Source: Candidatus Omnitrophota bacterium | GTDB lineage: Bacteria; Omnitrophota; Gorgyraeia; Gygaellales; Profunditerraquicolaceae | DNA: 64,000 nt | Assembly (NCBI GenBank): GCA_028717245.1 | Contig: JAQUOD010000009.1 | Location: forward strand, 228-64,227 | Reading direction: 5' to 3' | In this document: piece after piece, positions 59,184 through 64,000 of the stretch | Layout of the letters: the number at the start of each line of letters is the position of its first letter | Position numbering within the stretch: position 1 is the stretch's first letter | Notes under the pieces: model-generated | What the model saw: only the letters and a program-made list of their open reading frames with translations | The model's database searches: none | What the model was told of the DNA's origin: nothing | Program-made: the position numbers and the translations under genes

Positions 59184-59259
59184 GGGGCGATAGTTCAGTT
59201 GGGAGAACGCTACATTCGCATTGTAGAGGTCGCGGGTTCAAATCCCGCTCGCTCCACCA
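59184..59259 (+). tRNA. tRNA-Ala (anticodon CGC), CCA encoded
   Basis: cloverleaf folded by hand: 7-bp acceptor with G3:U70, D-stem GTTC/GAAC, anticodon loop TTCGCAT, T-loop TTCAAAT. Confidence 0.85.
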
Positions 59260-59264
59260 AATAT

Positions 59265-60377
59265 ATGAAAAGCCCGAATAAGTTATTCGCAGGTTTATTT
59301 TTCTTGTCTGTATTAATCATCGCTAGCCTTTATTTACCTTCTATCGTAGATATCCATTCCCAGGATAAATTAAAAGAGGCCCTTTTTTACGAAAAATTAG
59401 AGAATAAAACCGTGCAGTGCCAATTGTGCCCCAGAAGATGCACAATCCCCGACGGCAGGCGCGGTTTTTGCGGCGTCAGGGAGAACCAGGACGGCACGCT
59501 GTATACTTTAGTCTATGCAAAGCCCGTAGCCATACACATTGACCCTATTGAAAAAAAGCCTCTTTTTCATTTCCTGCCCGCAACAGGCGCGTTCTCTATT
59601 GCTACTGCCGGCTGTAATTTAAAGTGCAAGTTTTGCCAGAATTGGGAGATTTCCCAGCGAAAACCCGAAGAATTAGAGTATGTTTATCTTGAGCCGCAGG
59701 ATTTAATAAGGCAGGTTTTGGAATCAGGTTCGCCTACCATTGCCTATACTTATTCTGAACCCACTATATTCTATGAATATATGCTGGAGACCGCCAAGAT
59801 AGCCAGAGAACACGGCATAAAGAATATTATGCATTCCTGCGGTTATATAAATGAGGCCCCTTTACGGCAATTAGCCAAATACCTGGATGCCGCTAACATA
59901 GATTTAAAGGCCTTTAACGATGATTTTTACGCTAAGATGTCCGAGGCCGCTTTAGGGCCGGTATTAGAGAGCCTGAAGATATTAAGGCAGGAGGGCGTGC
60001 ATGTAGAGATAACCAGTTTAATCCTTTCCGGCTACAATGACGACGAGGGCTCTATTACAAAGATGTGCCTTTGGATAAAAGAAAATTTAGGCAGCGATAC
60101 GCCCTTACATTTTTCCCGCGCCTTCCCGATGTATAAGCTTTTAAGCCTTAACCCCACGCCGGTAGAAACCCTGGAAAAAGCCAGGCGCATTGCCTTAGAT
60201 TGCGGCTTAAAATATGTCTACATAGGCAACGTAGCCGGCCACCCGGCAGAAAATACCTATTGCCCCAGGTGCAAGAAGACAGTAATAAAGCGGGCTGGCT
60301 ACATCATAGCCGAGAATAACTTAAAAAATGGGAAATGTAAATTCTGTGGAGAAAAAATTGCGGGTGTCTGGCAGTAG
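59265..60377 (+). CDS. AmmeMemoRadiSam-system radical SAM enzyme (AmrS-like) with extra N-terminal TM segment
   Basis: CQLCPRRC...GFCG cluster upstream of the radical-SAM CNLKCKFC motif; start moved out of the tRNA. Confidence 0.75.
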   Translation: MKSPNKLFAGLFFLSVLIIASLYLPSIVDIHSQDKLKEALFYEKLENKTVQCQLCPRRCTIPDGRRGFCGVRENQDGTLYTLVYAKPVAIHIDPIEKKPLFHFLPATGAFSIATAGCNLKCKFCQNWEISQRKPEELEYVYLEPQDLIRQVLESGSPTIAYTYSEPTIFYEYMLETAKIAREHGIKNIMHSCGYINEAPLRQLAKYLDAANIDLKAFNDDFYAKMSEAALGPVLESLKILRQEGVHVEITSLILSGYNDDEGSITKMCLWIKENLGSDTPLHFSRAFPMYKLLSLNPTPVETLEKARRIALDCGLKYVYIGNVAGHPAENTYCPRCKKTVIKRAGYIIAENNLKNGKCKFCGEKIAGVWQ

Positions 60378-61866
60378 AGCCACAAGTTGCAAGGCAAGAT
60401 TCCTAAAAATCATCTTGTTTCTTCTTTTTACTTACAGCTTACAGCTTACAGCTTACAGCTTATATGCTGATGATATCCAGGAACCCAATGCCGCAGGCAC
60501 TTTCTACCCGGACGACCCGCAGCAGTTATCCCAAATGATTGACGAATTTTTGAATCAGGCAAACCCAGAGGCAGTGCAGGGCGATATATTCGCTTTGATT
60601 TCCCCGCATGCGGGTTATGGTTTTTCAGGGGGAGTAGCTGCCTTTGGCTATAAGCTGATCAAAGATAAGCCATATAAGACGGTGATTATTATCGGACCCA
60701 GCCACCAGTATGGTTTTCAAGGCGTATCCGTGTATCCAAAAGGAATATTCCGCAGCCCCTTAGGAGATTTAGAGATAGATACGGAATTTACCAAGAATTT
60801 GCTTTATCAGGAGAATAATATCTTTTTTGAGCCGGCAGCTTTTGAAAAAGAACACTCAATAGAAGTACAGCTGCCCTTTTTGCAAAAAGTTCTTTCTAAT
60901 TTCAAAATCGTGCCCATTGTGATGGGGGATTGCAGTTTTTCTACCTGCCAAAAATTAGCAGGTTTACTGAAAGAGGCGATAGGCAGTCGCAGGGATGTTT
61001 TGGTAGTTGCTTCCACGGATATGTATCACGGTTATGATTATGCAGAGGCAGGGGTAGTTGACAATTTGACCCTTAGTTATCTTGAGGATATGGATGCCCG
61101 GGGTTTATATGATGGATTAAGAGAAGGCAAACTACAGCTTTGCGGAGGGTTTGGGGTTGTCTCTACCTTAATTTTAGCCAAAGAATTAGGCCACAATAAA
61201 TTGAAAGTATTAAAATATACGGATTCCAGCATAGTAACAGGAAAGAAGGCCAAGGGGGCCTGGACCGTAGGTTATGCCAGTTGTGTTATCGATCAGGAAA
61301 AGGGGGAGTTAAATATGTTAAATAAAGAGCAGAGAAAAAAGCTATTGGGTATTGCGCGTAAATCCATAGAGGCGTATTTAAAAGGCGGAAAAAAACTGCA
61401 ACTTAATGAAACAGATCCCGTATTGTTAAAAGAGATAGGCGCCTTTGTGACCTTGCATGAACGCGCTCAATTACGCGGCTGTATCGGAAATATAATAGGG
61501 CGGGGCCCCCTGTATCTTACCATTAGGGATATGGCTGTTGAGGCAGCGACAGGAGATCCGCGTTTTCAGCCTATGAAACCTGATGAACTCAAGGATGTTG
61601 AAATAGAGATATCCGTGCTTTCTCCTTTAAAAAGAATAACCTCCATAGATGAAATTCAATTAGGTACCCATGGTGTTTTGATCAGGAGGGATTTTGCCAG
61701 CGGCATATTCCTGCCTCAGGTAGCCACGGAGACCGGCTGGCCCAAAGAAGAATTCCTCTCTAATCTCTGCAGCCATAAAGCAGGATTGGAGCCGGATGCC
61801 TGGAAGGATAAGGCCACGGAAATTTATATTTTTAGCGCCGAAGTATTTTCTGAAAAAGATTTTTAG
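60328..61866 (+). CDS. fused MEMO1-family (AmrB-like) and AMMECR1-family (AmrA-like) protein with N-terminal signal-peptide-like segment
   Basis: AAGTFYPDDP MEMO1 N-terminus; C-terminal AMMECR1 motifs GAFVTLHE...LRGCIG; overlaps the AmrS gene by 50 nt. Confidence 0.75.
   Translation: MGNVNSVEKKLRVSGSRATSCKARFLKIILFLLFTYSLQLTAYSLYADDIQEPNAAGTFYPDDPQQLSQMIDEFLNQANPEAVQGDIFALISPHAGYGFSGGVAAFGYKLIKDKPYKTVIIIGPSHQYGFQGVSVYPKGIFRSPLGDLEIDTEFTKNLLYQENNIFFEPAAFEKEHSIEVQLPFLQKVLSNFKIVPIVMGDCSFSTCQKLAGLLKEAIGSRRDVLVVASTDMYHGYDYAEAGVVDNLTLSYLEDMDARGLYDGLREGKLQLCGGFGVVSTLILAKELGHNKLKVLKYTDSSIVTGKKAKGAWTVGYASCVIDQEKGELNMLNKEQRKKLLGIARKSIEAYLKGGKKLQLNETDPVLLKEIGAFVTLHERAQLRGCIGNIIGRGPLYLTIRDMAVEAATGDPRFQPMKPDELKDVEIEISVLSPLKRITSIDEIQLGTHGVLIRRDFASGIFLPQVATETGWPKEEFLSNLCSHKAGLEPDAWKDKATEIYIFSAEVFSEKDF
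60431..60466 (+). repeat. in-frame heptamer repeat (TTACAGC)x5 in the N-terminal hydrophobic segment of the MEMO1-AMMECR1 fusion
   Basis: encodes TYSLQLTAYSLYA. Confidence 0.9.
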
Positions 61867-62040
61867 CACCAGGTGCGAATTCAATCGGGCACCAGGTGCG
61901 AATTTGAGATTGTACCTGTCCCTTTTAATTAAAGATAATCAGGGGACAGGTACAAGATTAGATTCAGAAACGGTACAAGATTAACTTTGCACCCGGTACA
62001 AGATTAGATTGGCACCCGGTGCGAAATAGGCATTACTAAA
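61867..62040 (+). repeat. family E element copy 2, extended into a ~170-nt palindrome (...GTACCTGTCCC / GGGACAGGTAC...)
   Basis: left arm matches 33405-33465. Confidence 0.8.
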
Positions 62041-62043
62041 ATT

Positions 62044-62697
62044 ATGTTTAAAATAATGCTTTCTTTATTCCTTACTGGCCTAATATTCGGCTCTGGCCCG
62101 TGCTTAGCCAGTTGCGGGCCATTTCTCATCAGCTATATTGCCGGAACAAAAAAGAATGTCCCCGGCAGTATGATAACTTATCTTCTATTTTCTTTCTCCA
62201 GGATATGCGCATACCTGGTTTTAAGCCTGATGATCTTCTTTTTGAGCAGGTTTATGATAGAAAGATTATTGGGCAGCCTTTCTAAATACCTCTTCATATC
62301 GGGGGGAGTAATTATGGCGGTAATGGGTGTATTTCTGGCTTTAGGCAAAAAAATAGAATTACCTTTTTGGCGGCCTTTATATAAGAATATGCTGGAACAC
62401 GATAAAAAGAATATCGTCATTCTGGGTTTAATCATCGGCCTGCTGCCTTGCGCTCCGCTTCTGGCCATATTCTCTTATATAGGCTTGATTTCGCACCTTT
62501 GGTCTTCAAACCTTCTTTATACCTTATCCTTTGGCGCGGGTACATTTCTTTCGCCCCTGATATTATTAGTTATCCTTGCCGGTTTGATCCCGCGTTTCCT
62601 GGCGAATATAAAGGCATCCTATTCTTCTATATTTAATTTTATCTGCGGCCTGGTTATTGTGTTTTTGGGCCTGAATTTAATTATCAGGGCACTTTAA
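62044..62697 (+). CDS. hypothetical polytopic membrane protein with paired Cys motif GSGPCLASCGP
   Basis: six predicted TM helices. Confidence 0.35.
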   Translation: MFKIMLSLFLTGLIFGSGPCLASCGPFLISYIAGTKKNVPGSMITYLLFSFSRICAYLVLSLMIFFLSRFMIERLLGSLSKYLFISGGVIMAVMGVFLALGKKIELPFWRPLYKNMLEHDKKNIVILGLIIGLLPCAPLLAIFSYIGLISHLWSSNLLYTLSFGAGTFLSPLILLVILAGLIPRFLANIKASYSSIFNFICGLVIVFLGLNLIIRAL

Positions 62698-63438
62698 ATG
62701 CATCGGCTATACTCTCCTGCGCAAAATATTTCATCTGTTCAAATAATAGTTGATAACAAAGAACAGGTCCATCATGCCAGGGATGTTTTAAGGCTTAAAA
62801 TCAAAGAAAAAGTAATTATCTTTGATGATAAGGGAATTGAATATTGCTGTATTTTAGAGAAAATATTGCCCCAGAGTTTAGTTTTCGCTATATGGGAGAA
62901 AACCGCGCCCGGTTTAAAAGAGATGGAGAAAATAAGAATTACAGTGGCCTGCGCCATACCTAAAGCATCCCATATGGATGGGGTCATCGATAAGCTGACC
63001 CAGCTGGGAGTGGAGAGGATTATCCCTATGGAGACCGAGCGCGTGATTATAAAACTGGATAAGCGTAAAAAAATATTGCGGCTCAAACGCTGGGAAAAGA
63101 TCGCCCTTAATGCTAGCCTGCAGAGCCATAGGAACGGTTTTCCTGTGATAGGACCGGTAAAAGGCATAAGGGAAGTTTTATCCGATGCGCAGGGTTTTGA
63201 CTTGAAATTGATACCCGCTCTTATAGGAGAACGGGAATCATTAAGAGAAACTATCATTAAATCTAACCCTAAAAATATATTGGTGCTCATCGGGCCTGAA
63301 GGAGATTTTACGCAAGAGGAGCTTGATTTTGCTAAAAGCAGAGGCTGTTTACCCGTGTCATTAGGGGATTTGGTATTACGCGTGGAGACTGCTGCGGTAG
63401 CGGCAGTAAGTTTTATCAGATTATATGCCGACAGTTAG
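62698..63438 (+). CDS. rsmE: 16S rRNA (uracil1498-N3)-methyltransferase RsmE
   Basis: PUA-like N-domain and SPOUT C-terminus (LIGPEGDFT). Confidence 0.75.
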   Translation: MHRLYSPAQNISSVQIIVDNKEQVHHARDVLRLKIKEKVIIFDDKGIEYCCILEKILPQSLVFAIWEKTAPGLKEMEKIRITVACAIPKASHMDGVIDKLTQLGVERIIPMETERVIIKLDKRKKILRLKRWEKIALNASLQSHRNGFPVIGPVKGIREVLSDAQGFDLKLIPALIGERESLRETIIKSNPKNILVLIGPEGDFTQEELDFAKSRGCLPVSLGDLVLRVETAAVAAVSFIRLYADS

Positions 63439-64000
63439 GTTCTTTACTTTAGGTTGTAAGGTAAATCAATATGATACCCAGAGCATCAGGGAGAGTTTCC
63501 GTAAATCCGGCTTTAAAGAAATAGAAGATGGCCGCAGGGCCGATATCTACGTAATCAATACCTGCACGGTAACCTCCCGCGCTGACCGTAAATCCCGCCA
63601 GCTTATTCATTATAGCCATCGCCTAAACCCCGCAGCCAGAATCATAGTTACCGGTTGTTATGCCGAATTAGATAGCTCAAAAATCAATAAGATTCCCGGC
63701 GTAACCCATATTGTTAAAAATAAAGACAAAGATAGGATTCCTGAATTATTAGGCGGGCATAACAAACCTCACGGGCCTAACGGCGCGGGCATTACTAGTT
63801 TTAAAAATCATACCCGTGCCTTCTTAAAGATTCAGGATGGCTGCGATAATTTCTGTTCCTACTGTAAGGTCCCTTTGGTAAGAGGTATTTTAAAGAGCAA
63901 GCCTTTGGATGAAATTGCCCGGGAGGCTAAGGGGCTTATTAAAAATGGCTTCAAAGAGATAGTCCTGTGCGGTATCTGCCTGGGCGCATTTGGCAGGGAT
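63425..64000 (+). CDS. MiaB-family radical SAM methylthiotransferase (MtaB/RimO-like), 3'-truncated by window end
   Basis: frame translation gives FFTLGCKVNQYD...INTCTVT...GCYAE...DGCDNFCSYC; ATG 63425 overlaps the rsmE stop. Confidence 0.75.
   Translation, partial: MPTVRFFTLGCKVNQYDTQSIRESFRKSGFKEIEDGRRADIYVINTCTVTSRADRKSRQLIHYSHRLNPAARIIVTGCYAELDSSKINKIPGVTHIVKNKDKDRIPELLGGHNKPHGPNGAGITSFKNHTRAFLKIQDGCDNFCSYCKVPLVRGILKSKPLDEIAREAKGLIKNGFKEIVLCGICLGAFGRD

Noticed and set aside
59199-59264. ORF-track start at 59199 for the radical SAM gene
   Set aside because: That start lies inside the tRNA-Ala. The start was reassigned to ATG 59265, directly after the tRNA CCA end.

Overview
This is a gene-dense, single-strand (all +) bacterial window whose backbone is housekeeping biosynthesis. 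In order it carries: an RRM RNA-binding protein, greA, a cyclophilin PPIase, dusB, recG, rsmD, coaD, yceD-rpmF-plsX-fabH-fabD-fabG-acpP-fabF, leuC-leuD-leuB-asd, truA, rplM-rpsI, argC-argJ-argB-argD-argF-(pilin)-argG-argH, lysA-dapF-dapA-dapB-(GT-C membrane protein)-dapL-like-folK-panC-nadX-like, uvrA, and a TPR protein with exbB/exbD-like genes. It then carries a complete type IV pilus-like assembly locus (HTH regulator, pilM-N fusion, pilO, pilP-like, pilQ secretin, pilB, pilC) followed by a tandem array of pilin paralogs, a tRNA-Ala(CGC), an AmmeMemoRadiSam locus (radical SAM enzyme plus a fused MEMO1-AMMECR1 protein), a membrane protein, rsmE and a partial MiaB-family methylthiotransferase. 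The most unusual content is non-genic. (1) Dozens of short-period (7-10 nt) tandem repeat arrays sit as inverted pairs after stop codons, and also occur in-frame inside conserved enzyme genes and signal peptides. (2) There are at least four families of longer repeated palindromic elements, here called A, C, D and E, inserted at operon ends, at gene 5' ends (one in-frame in the pilQ N-terminus, one carrying the SD+ATG of leuB and asd), and as an inverted pair bracketing pilQ-pilB-pilC. (3) argH is compositionally foreign. (4) Four pilin paralogs share conserved ends around a hypervariable disulfide loop. All calls come from reading the sequence; no database searches were run.
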